Origin: an uncultured Oscillospiraceae bacterium
GTDB taxonomy: Bacteria; Bacillota; Clostridia; Oscillospirales; Acutalibacteraceae
DNA: 64,000 nt
Direction: 5' to 3'
NCBI GenBank assembly: GCA_905193225.1
Contig: CAJJNV010000008.1
Coordinates: forward strand, 5,860 to 69,859
A program made the translations under genes and the position numbers. Under the pieces are notes generated by a model that saw nothing but the letters and a program-made list of their open reading frames with translations, ran no database searches and had not been told where the DNA came from. Below, piece by piece: positions 1-8,709 of this stretch (position 1 is its first letter; the number at the start of each line of letters is the position of its first letter).

Positions 1-715
1 ATTCCTCCGGTGGTTGGGAAAAATCTTGCGCGGCTGTGCTCGTCGCTGTCCTTTTCCTTTGCCGGATCAACTCCCTCGGCCTTCATCCATGCCGTAAGCT
101 CGTCGAAGGTCAGCACGGCGTCCACATATCCCTCGTAATACTGAGCCTCATCCTTTTTGGCGACGCAAGGTCCCACAAAAACGGTTTTTGCGTCCTTATA
201 CCGCCTTTTTATGTCGCGGCAATGGGCCTGCATGGGAGAAAGCACCCCCGCAAGATAAGGCAGGCAATCGGGAAAATATTTTTGTATAAGCAGGTTTACC
301 GAATGACAGCAGGAAGAAATAATAATGTTTCTTGTACCCTCGGCAAGCATTTTTTCGTATTCCTTTTTGACGATGGTTGCGCCCACGGCCGTTTCTTCAA
401 CATCGAAAAAGCCCAGCTTTTTAAGGGCAGCCCTCATAGAACCGATTCCGACGCCCTCGTAATTTGCCACAAAGGAGGGTGCAAGGCTGACTATGACCGG
501 CTCCTCTCCCTGCATAAGCACCTTGACCTTCTCGGTCTCGTCGACAATCTGCTTGGCGTCCTGGGGACATACCACAAAGCACTGACCGCAAAGAATACAT
601 TCGTTTCCGATTATGTAGGCCTGATTTCCCGAAAAACGAATGGACTTGACCGGACAGTGACGGATACATTTATAGCAGTTTTTGCAGTTGGATTTTTTTA
701 AAGTAAGGCAATCCA
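1..715 (-). CDS. [FeFe]-hydrogenase, 5' portion only (N-terminal ~238 aa; gene runs off window start). N-terminal 2x[4Fe-4S] ferredoxin domain then H-cluster domain
   Basis: Minus-strand translation from ATG at ~715 gives MDCLTLKKSNCKNCYKCIRHCPVKSIRFSGNQAYIIGNECILCGQCFVVCPQ... Later segments are IIISSCCHSVNLL (L1-like) and VFVGPCVAKKDEA (L2 MPCxxKxxE-like). RBS GGAGGAATAATCT sits before the ATG. The ORF is absent from the track because there is no stop in the window. Confidence 0.8.
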
Positions 716-719
716 TAGA

Positions 720-974
720 TTATTCCTCCGAAAGCTTTTTAACAATATTCCGTTCAAAAAAATCGTCGAATTTTTCCGGCGTTACTCCGGTAAAGACTTC
801 GTCGTCCACCATTACGGTGACCCCCTCGCGGTTGCATCTGCCGGTGCAAAAGCTCCCCGCCAAAGTAACCTGCTCCGAAAGACCTCTTTCGGCCGTCGCC
901 TTTTGGAAAAGCTCTACCAACTCCTCGGATCCCTTGAGATGACATGAGGAACCGACGCATATCTGAACTATCAT
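720..974 (-). CDS. thioredoxin-like [2Fe-2S] ferredoxin (small NuoE-fold protein)
   Basis: 84 aa with cysteine pattern CVGSSCHLKG...CTGRC, typical of thioredoxin-like 2Fe-2S ferredoxins. Lies immediately upstream of the hydrogenase gene on the same strand. Confidence 0.7.
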   Translation of the reverse strand: MIVQICVGSSCHLKGSEELVELFQKATAERGLSEQVTLAGSFCTGRCNREGVTVMVDDEVFTGVTPEKFDDFFERNIVKKLSEE

Positions 975-993
975 TTATTTCACCCTTACTGAT

Positions 994-1117
994 TTGCTGA
1001 AAGTGTTTGCTGAGTATTTGCTGAAAGTGCCGGCTGAATGCTTATCGAAAACATTCGCCGAAGAATTGTTTGGCATTTTCTGAAGTATTTACCGAAGATT
1101 TGCTGAACAATTGCTGA
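994..1117. repeat. array of at least 5 exact TTGCTGA motifs (plus degenerate copies) in the spacer between the two ferredoxin genes
   Basis: TTGCTGA at ~994, 1007, 1018, 1099 and 1111; degenerate GGCTGAA at ~1032 and TTCTGAA at ~1078. Confidence 0.6.
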
Positions 1118-1189
1118 GCATTCGCCCAAATGCCTGCTTAAATATCACCTGAACACATCCGTGACATTACAGCTTTAATGCGGGCGAGG

Positions 1190-1435
1190 CTATTTATTAA
1201 GCTTTGCCACGATCTTTTTATCAAAGAAATCATCCACAGTCTCGGGACTTACCGAATAAAATCGGTTTTCCACCGTTACGCAGACTCCTTGCTGACATTT
1301 TCCCATACAGAATGTGCCCGCAAGTTCAACGCTGTCCCCTACCTGCTTTTCGGCAACAAGCTCCTGAAGCCGCTCGACAACCTGCCTCGACCCCTTAATA
1401 TGACATGACGAGCCGATACATACCGTGACCTTCAT
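1190..1435 (-). CDS. thioredoxin-like [2Fe-2S] ferredoxin, paralog of 720..974
   Basis: 81 aa with CIGSSCHIKG...CMGKCQQGVC, same fold pattern as the neighbour. Tandem paralog. Confidence 0.7.
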   Translation of the reverse strand: MKVTVCIGSSCHIKGSRQVVERLQELVAEKQVGDSVELAGTFCMGKCQQGVCVTVENRFYSVSPETVDDFFDKKIVAKLNK

Positions 1436-1759
1436 ATATTTTTTCCTCCTTCGGTTTTTGATTTAAATACTGATTTTTCTCACAAAAAATATTAACTGCG
1501 CCCCGCTTTTTAAAAGACAGGCAAGGCGGAGTTCTTTATGCTCGGTGTTGCTTTGTTATTGCTTTGGTATTGCTTTGTTTCGCTCGGTATTTGCCTTGTG
1601 TTTTTGCTTTTGGATATTGTGCTGATGATTTAATTGCGATTGAAATTATTATATTTTTTACGGATGTTTTATTGTGCTTGTTGACAGAAAGCTACTGTTT
1701 AACTTGGCTTTTGTCAATACACCGTAGTAACCGATATAGCACCGCCGCGGCTGCAAGGT

Positions 1760-1903
1760 GTGCTGAGGCAAGTCAGCTCTGCTGACCGGAGGGCGGCCGG
1801 CAGCAAGCGCAAAGCAGCAATCGGAAAATGCGGCGTATTTTTTCTTTAAGGCTGCGGTGTTTTGCGCCCTCCGTTCTCGGCAGGGCCGAGAAGGCCTCAG
1901 CAC
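1760..1903. ncRNA. GC-rich structured repeat element, copy A (reverse orientation relative to B and C); candidate novel ncRNA or structured repeat
   Basis: Outer stem GTGCTGAGGC (1760-1769) pairs with GCCTCAGCAC (1894-1903). Sub-hairpin GTCAGC-tct-GCTGAC. Mid stem CGGAGGGCG (1787-1795) pairs with CGCCCTCCG (1865-1873). Sub-hairpin TTCTCGGC-agg-GCCGAGAA. The 69-nt core contains CTGCGGTG and AATCGGAA, which read CACCGCAG and TTCCGATT on the opposite strand. Confidence 0.6.
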
Positions 1904-1935
1904 GCCGGCGGCCGCTTGCCTATAGCATACATTTA

Positions 1936-2679
1936 TTATATATACTTCTCGACAATGGCGGTATAAAATTTTTTCTGATCCTTTCCCGCCTTGGCCGATT
2001 TCGATGCGGCAATAATGGGAAACCACCGCTCGACATATCCCCTCTCGGTTCCGCTCTTTTCGCATATTCCGTTAAGATATTGCTCGGCCGTTTCGGTCTC
2101 TCCGCCGTAAAGAAAATAGAGGTAGGTTCCGGCGGCGTCGGCTGCTCCGTTGCCCTTGGCGGCGTGAGACCAGTCGAGAATAAAAGGGTCGTTTTTATCG
2201 GAAATAACGATGTTAGACGGGTTAAAATCCCCGTGGCAGATCTTTGTGTGCTTGGGCATATCGTTAAGCCGATCAAGCAGATCGTATCTGACCGTAGCGG
2301 CAAAATCGGTGTCGCAGATGTTGCGGGTCAGTTTATCGCTTAAAAGGGTCAGCTCCGGGCATTTCTTTGAAAGCACATCAAGCTGCAGATTGATGAATTT
2401 ATCGATGTATTCATCCTTTTTTTCGGGATGCTCTGTCATAAGAGCGGCAAGGTTTTTACCCTTAATGTGTTCGTAAACAATGGCCCATTTGCCGTTGATG
2501 ACCGTTACCTCGAGAATTTTCGGAATGTTAAGACCGGTTTCCTCAAGACGCGCCTGATTGAGAGCCTCGCTGAGTACGTCGGATTTTTTATATTGACCGT
2601 TAAAAACCTTAAAACTGCTGTTGCCTTCGCAATAGACCGTTTTGCTGTTTCTAACGGCGATTATCCTATCAAGTTTCAT
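1936..2679 (-). CDS. phosphotransferase-family kinase (aminoglycoside/choline-kinase-like fold)
   Basis: 247 aa with Brenner-type motif HGDFNPSNI and DWS motif. Confidence 0.7.
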   Translation of the reverse strand: MKLDRIIAVRNSKTVYCEGNSSFKVFNGQYKKSDVLSEALNQARLEETGLNIPKILEVTVINGKWAIVYEHIKGKNLAALMTEHPEKKDEYIDKFINLQLDVLSKKCPELTLLSDKLTRNICDTDFAATVRYDLLDRLNDMPKHTKICHGDFNPSNIVISDKNDPFILDWSHAAKGNGAADAAGTYLYFLYGGETETAEQYLNGICEKSGTERGYVERWFPIIAASKSAKAGKDQKKFYTAIVEKYI

Positions 2680-2747
2680 AAAAGCACCTTCGTTCGACTG
2701 ATATAGATTTTACAATTCACATTACGTTGTTATATTGTATTATTAGC

Positions 2748-3374
2748 TTACATTTTCATCGGCTCTATCATACACCTAAGATAGGCGGGGGTCAATACGG
2801 GATTTTCATATTCCACAACCGCATCGGCCGGAGCCGACACACGACAGGGAGAAATACACCACACCGCCCTTATCCCGCTTTTATAAAGCAGATCAAAAGA
2901 TTTTTGAGCATTCTCGGGAGGGCAGCAGACTATTCCGATTTTCACCCCGTTTTTTTCGATATAACCTTTCATTTCCCTTAAGGGCAAAAGCTGTTTTCCG
3001 CTTTCCGAGCGTTTTTTTCCGCTAAAGCATCCGTCGAAAGCGGCGGGTATTTCAAGTCCGCAGTCCTCAAAGCCCTTGAAATCAAGCAGCGACAGGGCAA
3101 AGTTCCCCGATCCGACAATAACGGCACGGGTATTTTTAAGATCGAAGTACCGCTCGAGGCAGCTTAAAAGCTCGCTTGTTTTATAGCCGGTTTTCGGCCG
3201 TCCCTCGCCGCACAGCACCCCTAAATCCTTTCGCACCTGCACCTCGCCCATACAAAGATCCTTGGCGATTTTGGTGGCCGAGATGTTTTGGTCATACTTT
3301 GCTGCACTTTTAAGATATTTGAGATAAACAGGCACCCTCGAAAGGGTCGCCCTGGAAATGGCCTGTTCCTTCAT
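2748..3374 (-). CDS. rex: redox-sensing transcriptional repressor Rex
   Basis: MKEQAISRATLSRVPVYLKYLK... winged-helix N-terminus plus Rossmann GSGNFALSLL. The track ORF extends to 3389; MKEQ at 3374 matches the canonical Rex N-terminus. Confidence 0.85.
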   Translation of the reverse strand: MKEQAISRATLSRVPVYLKYLKSAAKYDQNISATKIAKDLCMGEVQVRKDLGVLCGEGRPKTGYKTSELLSCLERYFDLKNTRAVIVGSGNFALSLLDFKGFEDCGLEIPAAFDGCFSGKKRSESGKQLLPLREMKGYIEKNGVKIGIVCCPPENAQKSFDLLYKSGIRAVWCISPCRVSAPADAVVEYENPVLTPAYLRCMIEPMKM

Positions 3375-3617
3375 AACGGTGTCTCCCATCGTTTTTTAAC
3401 AAAGCCTGTATTACCCGCGTTTTTTTCGCACCTGCGTTTCTACATCGTCACCTTTACCCGCCTGCGCTTTAGACGCCTGCGTTTACCGCAGTGACTGTCT
3501 GTCATATCGGTGCCGTTTTTCGCTCGTTTTTCCGCTTAAGCAAAGTTAGCAGACAAGCCTTGAAAAAGGTGATCTCTTCGGCAAAAAAATCGCAAAAATA
3601 CCGCAGTACAGCCTTGT

Positions 3618-3635
3618 TTGTTATTATTTTAACAA
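3618..3635. promoter_or_regulatory. candidate Rex operator TTGTTATTATTTTAACAA
   Basis: 17/18 match to the clostridial Rex consensus TTGTTAAnnnnTTAACAA. Sits in the divergent region between rex and manA. Confidence 0.5.
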
Positions 3636-3889
3636 ATTAAACGACAGATGGGAATTGACATTTTTTCATATAGGTATTCCATTTATCGATATGGTAAGGT
3701 TCAATTGGAAAAACGGCTTGATTTTTCCTTAAAACAACTGTATAATCAATATGGTTTTGACCGAATCTTATACGTCAAATCCGCCGCAAGCCTAAAACCT
3801 ATTATCGACGGCCGCCGGTTTTTTCAGCGGTCCTTGCGACGGTTTCACAAAACATTTATTTTAAACAATTTTTAACGGAGATGTTATTT

Positions 3890-4819
3890 ATGAATTATTA
3901 TCCCTTAAAACTCTATCCCGCCTTTAAAGATTACCTTTGGGGCGGCACAAGGCTGCACAAATTTTTCCCCGATTGCACGGCCGATCCTGCCGCAGAAGCC
4001 TGGGTTCTTTCCTGCCACAAGGACGGACAAAGTACCGTAACAAACGGACCTCTTTCAGGCAAGACCCTGTCGGAAGCGATCGAGGTTTTCGGTGCCGATG
4101 CACTTGGCGAAAACGGTAAGGCATTTGACTTTTTCCCCGTTCTCATCAAGCTTATCGACGCAAAAAAAGATCTGTCGGTCCAGGTGCATCCCGACGATGA
4201 TTATGCCCGCAAAAACGAAAACAGCTACGGAAAGACCGAGATGTGGTATGTTGTCGACTGCGAAGAGGGCGCCCGCCTTTTCTACGGATTTAAAGACAAG
4301 ATTTCCAAAGAGGAATTTAAACAGCGCATCAAGGAAAACACCCTGACCGACGCTCTGCGCTCGGTAGACGTTAAAAAGGGTGATTGTTTCTTCATTCCCT
4401 CGGGCACCATCCACGCCATCGGCAGCGGAATGCTCATTGCCGAGATTCAGCAAAATTCCAACTGCACCTACCGCGTATACGACTACGGCCGACTGGGCGC
4501 CGACGGAAAGCCGAGGCAGCTGCACATCGAAAAGGCTCTCGACGTAACAAAGACTGAGCCTGCGCAGCCGGCTGATTTCGGCGGCAACGGCGTGCTTGCC
4601 GACTGCAAATATTTCAAAGCAAAGCTTTACAAAGGTGCGGCCGACATCGAGGTCGACGGAAAGTCCTTCTCGGCTCTTCTTGTAACCGATGGAGAAGGCA
4701 CGCTTGAATGCAGCGGCGAGACAACGGAGCTTAAAACCGGCGACTGCATATTCCTTCCCGCATCCATCGGAAAGGTCAGCGTCAAAGGTCAGCTCACCTT
4801 TATCGAGACAAAAGTTTAA
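3890..4819 (+). CDS. manA: mannose-6-phosphate isomerase, class I (Bacillus type)
   Basis: MNYYPLKLYPAFKDYLWGG..., VHPDD, and a cupin-type HAIGSG motif. GGAG RBS before the ATG at 3890 (track ORF starts 3881). Confidence 0.8.
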   Translation: MNYYPLKLYPAFKDYLWGGTRLHKFFPDCTADPAAEAWVLSCHKDGQSTVTNGPLSGKTLSEAIEVFGADALGENGKAFDFFPVLIKLIDAKKDLSVQVHPDDDYARKNENSYGKTEMWYVVDCEEGARLFYGFKDKISKEEFKQRIKENTLTDALRSVDVKKGDCFFIPSGTIHAIGSGMLIAEIQQNSNCTYRVYDYGRLGADGKPRQLHIEKALDVTKTEPAQPADFGGNGVLADCKYFKAKLYKGAADIEVDGKSFSALLVTDGEGTLECSGETTELKTGDCIFLPASIGKVSVKGQLTFIETKV

Positions 4820-4984
4820 GAGACAAAGGTTTAAATCGTTTTTCAAAGAAAACAAGCGGCGGTGCACGGTATGCAAAGCGCAGTTAACGGCGATGCAAGC
4901 CCAAGCAAAGTGCGATCAGCAGCAGGGCGCACATCGCACCGCGCAGCGCATCAGTTAATACGGCTCAATTTAATACAGCGCATT

Positions 4985-5020
4985 TTCGGCGGGGGCGTTT
5001 TGCTCCCGCTTTTTGTTTTT
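4985..5020. terminator. bidirectional rho-independent terminator between manA and the amidohydrolase gene
   Basis: GGCGGGGGCGttttgCTCCCGC followed by a T-run. Confidence 0.5.
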
Positions 5021-5056
5021 ACATTATGGCGTATGTTCGGTTTATGTGCTCTGTGC

Positions 5057-5854
5057 CTACGCCTTCAAATCAAAATACCGCTCTGCGTTGTCCCAAAGTA
5101 TCTTTCTGCGCTCACCATCGCTTAAATCAAGGGCGTTAAACCGCCGGATTTCCTCGGCGGGATCCCACATGGGGTAATCGGTTCCGTAAAAGACCCTGTC
5201 GGCGGTGTATGTCTTTATTATCTCGGCCGCCCGCTCTTTTGACATAGCAAAAAGCGACGACGAGCAATCAACCATAAGGTTTTCCACATCCCACAGTTCC
5301 TTTACCGCCTCGTCCCATATAGACCAGCCGCCCAAATGTGCCCCGATTACCTTAAGATCGGGAAATCTCTTCATAACCGTTTTTAATTTAGACGGTGCAG
5401 AAAAGGTATATCGCTTGTCCCCCATATGAATGAGAAAAGGAAGCCTGCCCCCCACTATTTCAAACATATTGAAGGCCTCTTTGCTGTCCAGCTCATACTT
5501 CTGAAAATCAGGATGAATTTTGATTCCAGCAAGGCCGAGGGAAATTATCTCCTCAACCTCATCCTCGATGTGTTCGCTTAAAGGATGAAGAGTGCCCATT
5601 CCGATGAACCTTTGGGGATTTTCCGAAACCGACGACGCGATAAAATGGTTGATGGACGAAACCTGCCTCGGTGCGGTGGCAACCGAATGAATGGCAGCGA
5701 CGGTTGTGCCCGCCTTATCAAGCTCGGTATCAAGGGATTTAAGGCTTCCGTCAAATGACATTTTCACTCCGTAAAAATTCCCGATGGCGTTGGATGCCTT
5801 TTGGGCAATTTTTTCGGGATAAATATGGCAGTGAACATCAAAAATCTTTTGCAT
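5057..5854 (-). CDS. amidohydrolase-family (TIM-barrel metal-dependent hydrolase) protein
   Basis: 265 aa starting MQKIFDVHCHIYP..., with a C-terminal GTDYP motif typical of Amidohydro_2. Confidence 0.65.
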   Translation of the reverse strand: MQKIFDVHCHIYPEKIAQKASNAIGNFYGVKMSFDGSLKSLDTELDKAGTTVAAIHSVATAPRQVSSINHFIASSVSENPQRFIGMGTLHPLSEHIEDEVEEIISLGLAGIKIHPDFQKYELDSKEAFNMFEIVGGRLPFLIHMGDKRYTFSAPSKLKTVMKRFPDLKVIGAHLGGWSIWDEAVKELWDVENLMVDCSSSLFAMSKERAAEIIKTYTADRVFYGTDYPMWDPAEEIRRFNALDLSDGERRKILWDNAERYFDLKA

Positions 5855-6025
5855 AAAAATCCTTCCTTTTTAAGAAACGTGCAGTGTATGTATCTCTGCC
5901 CGTTTCCTCTCCCCTCAATTATACAATAACCTCGGTTTTATTCAAGCATAATTTCAAATTTTCTATTTACTTTTTTTATGGGCAGGTGTATAATGTAAAC
6001 ATTCCACAAGAAAGAGGATAAACCT

Positions 6026-8350
6026 ATGAAAAAATTGTTGTCTATTTTTCTTTCGATAGCCGTTGCGGCGGGACTTTTCACCGTTCCTGCGGGCGTCTAT
6101 GCCGAAGAACAAACAACCAATGACTTTGTCGTTATCGACAGTATGGACTATGCCGGAATATGGCAGTCGAGCAGCGATGCTGTCACCAATACAACCGACA
6201 ATATGGAAGGTACCGGCTGCTTAGAGGTAACCGGCGCTGATATCAACCTTTTGCTCAGCAAAAAAATCGACGTTGAAGGCGGAATCAAGGCAAAAAAATA
6301 CCTTGAAATGTGGTTCTACTGCGAGGATGCCTCTGCTCTCACAAGTGACAGTATGGTCGTAATCAACCGAAACGGCTCAGACCTCAAGCTCAAACTCCCG
6401 GTAGAAAAACTTACAAACGGATGGAACAGACTTCATCTTTCCCTCATTCTTGCCATCGAAAAATACGACGGTATTGACGCCATCAAAATCAATCTTGCCA
6501 CCGGCGGAAAGGCTCAGAAATTTATGATGGACGATATTGTTCTTGCTCCCGTGACCAACGTAAAAAACACCGAGGCGCTTGACAAGGCTGTTGCCGATGC
6601 CAAGGCTTACGATGCGAAATATTTAAGCAAAGCTCAGGCAGTCCGTCTTGAAAAGCTTCTCACCCGTGCCGAGAATCCCGTCGCCCAGCGCGATGCCGAC
6701 GCAATCGCCGCCGACATCAACGACATTATACATGTTCCCGCATTCGACGGACAGATCACCACCCACGGCCGCACATATTATAAATGGAACGAAGCTTCGA
6801 GCAAAAACGAGCTTTATATGTCCTATTCTTCCACCGGATTTTCGGTCAGATTCTATGGAACCGAGCTTAAAGCCAAGCTCAGAGGCTCGGCAAATGCTCA
6901 GCCTGCCATCGTCAATATATATGTTGACCGCGACACCACCACATTTGACTATGACCACACCATAACCACCGAAGCCGCCGCAAAGGCCGAGCTTGACAAA
7001 TACAATCAGAACAACCCACACATTCAGCTCACCGGTACCGAAACCGAGTACACACTCGTTTCCGGCCTTACCGAAGGCATCCACACCGTAACCGTGCTCA
7101 AACGCGGCGAAGTAACCTATACCGACCGCGTGATTCTTTCGGACATTTCCACCGACGGGCAGCTTCTCGCTCCCCCCGCAAAATCCACCCGCCGCATTGA
7201 AGTCCTCGGCGACTCCAATATGACCGGTTATGCAAACCTTGCCGGCGGCGGATATTCCTACGCCACCCAGGACGGCACCGTCACCTTTGCCGGATACATT
7301 GCAAACGGCCTCGGCGCCGACTATTCCCTCATCGCCCGCAGCGGTATCACCCTTACCCCCGGCGTTGCAGGAAACTGCTCAGAAGGATTTATGTATAACA
7401 CATATCTCTACACCGACTACTGGACCAACGGCGATGCATCGGGCGGTACCTGGAACGACGCAGGAAGCAACATAAACCAGGAAGATCCCTCCAAATTCAA
7501 TTACGTATCGGAAGATAAGCTTTACGATTTTGCGCAGTCTGACAATGATGTCGTTGTTATCCACATCGGCGACAACGATCACGACGGCCGTAACGGATCC
7601 ACCGGCAGCAATGCCGATTCCTTCATCAGCTATATGAAGAAATTCATCAAGCAGGTGCGCTCCGTAAACCCCAGAGCTGAGATCATTGTATGCTTCTCCA
7701 TAAGCGGATACGAAGCTTGGAGAAACGTTGAGGAAACCGCCGTCAACCAGATCAAGGCCGAAGGCGAAGACCGCATTTGCTTCCTCAGACCCGTTTCGGG
7801 CACATTCGGAAGCTCGGGACATCCCTACAACAAGGTTCATTACGATGCGGCACAGCAGGTCATCGAAAAGATCAAGGAACTGACCGGATGGAAGGCCGCC
7901 GTTCGCGAGGTCTATTCCGATCCCACCGCAGAGGTCAAGATTGTTCCCTCTGAAAACTATGCCGAAATCGGCTCGACCGTAACCTTCAAGATCCCCGAAA
8001 ACGCTGTCCCCGAATCCATAAAAATCACCACCTACGGCAAGGACGTTGAGTTCACCAAAACCGAGGACGGTACCGTCTCCTTCACAATGCCCGACGGCGC
8101 AGTAATGATCCACGCCGACAAGAAGGAAGAAGTCGTCATCAGATACGGTTACATCAACGAGGACGATAATATCGACGCCACCGACGCACTGTGGATTCTC
8201 CAGTCCTTTGTCGGCTTACGTACACTTGACGAAGAAGTAAAACCGGCCGCCGATGTCAATCTCGACGGAGCGATCGATGCTTCCGACGCTCTCTGTGTGC
8301 TTCAGTATTATGTGGGATTGCGCACCGAGCTTCCCGTTTCCAAGAGCTAA
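6026..8350 (+). CDS. secreted CE2-like SGNH carbohydrate esterase with C-terminal dockerin (cellulosomal)
   Basis: Signal peptide MKKLLSIFLSIAVAAGLFTVPAGVYA. N-terminal beta-sandwich, then GDSN block (IEVLGDSNMTGY), GDNDHD block and DxxH-like GHPYNKVH. Dockerin repeats DDNIDATDALWILQ and DVNLDGAIDASDALCVLQ. Upstream TTTACT-17-TGTATAAT promoter and terminator 8405-8447. Confidence 0.8.
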   Translation: MKKLLSIFLSIAVAAGLFTVPAGVYAEEQTTNDFVVIDSMDYAGIWQSSSDAVTNTTDNMEGTGCLEVTGADINLLLSKKIDVEGGIKAKKYLEMWFYCEDASALTSDSMVVINRNGSDLKLKLPVEKLTNGWNRLHLSLILAIEKYDGIDAIKINLATGGKAQKFMMDDIVLAPVTNVKNTEALDKAVADAKAYDAKYLSKAQAVRLEKLLTRAENPVAQRDADAIAADINDIIHVPAFDGQITTHGRTYYKWNEASSKNELYMSYSSTGFSVRFYGTELKAKLRGSANAQPAIVNIYVDRDTTTFDYDHTITTEAAAKAELDKYNQNNPHIQLTGTETEYTLVSGLTEGIHTVTVLKRGEVTYTDRVILSDISTDGQLLAPPAKSTRRIEVLGDSNMTGYANLAGGGYSYATQDGTVTFAGYIANGLGADYSLIARSGITLTPGVAGNCSEGFMYNTYLYTDYWTNGDASGGTWNDAGSNINQEDPSKFNYVSEDKLYDFAQSDNDVVVIHIGDNDHDGRNGSTGSNADSFISYMKKFIKQVRSVNPRAEIIVCFSISGYEAWRNVEETAVNQIKAEGEDRICFLRPVSGTFGSSGHPYNKVHYDAAQQVIEKIKELTGWKAAVREVYSDPTAEVKIVPSENYAEIGSTVTFKIPENAVPESIKITTYGKDVEFTKTEDGTVSFTMPDGAVMIHADKKEEVVIRYGYINEDDNIDATDALWILQSFVGLRTLDEEVKPAADVNLDGAIDASDALCVLQYYVGLRTELPVSKS

Positions 8351-8709
8351 AGCGTCAGATTAAATTTCTCTAATACAGAAATTTTTTCACCACTTTAAAA
8401 TTATGCCCTTTCTCTTAAGGCTTTCTTTCGAGAAGGGGCATTTTTTCTTTTGTCATTCTTTTCAACACACAATGCTAAATTTGTGCACAGCCGCGCTATG
8501 CTTTCTTTTTGAAAAACTTTTGACATATAAAATATTTTTCTTTGCAATATTATAAAAATTCTTTACAAATTAAACAAATTGTATTATAATGTTATGTGTT
8601 GTGTTGCGTCGGATAGGGATAAATTACCTTATAGAGTGTTATTTATCCGATCAATCCGATTTATTCCTATCCGGTGCAATACCTACGGATGATAAAAAGG
8701 AGAAGTATA

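Noticed and set aside
36-701. 221-aa plus-strand ORF at window start
   Set aside because: Antisense to the [FeFe]-hydrogenase N-terminus, which translates cleanly on the minus strand with an RBS
1760-1903. Interpretation of the GC-rich elements as integron attC sites or conventional MITEs
   Set aside because: No R'/R'' core sites (GTTRRRY) and no integrase nearby. The outer stems differ between copies yet stay complementary, which is unlike transposase-recognised terminal inverted repeats. No target-site duplications seen. Retained as a structured-element finding instead
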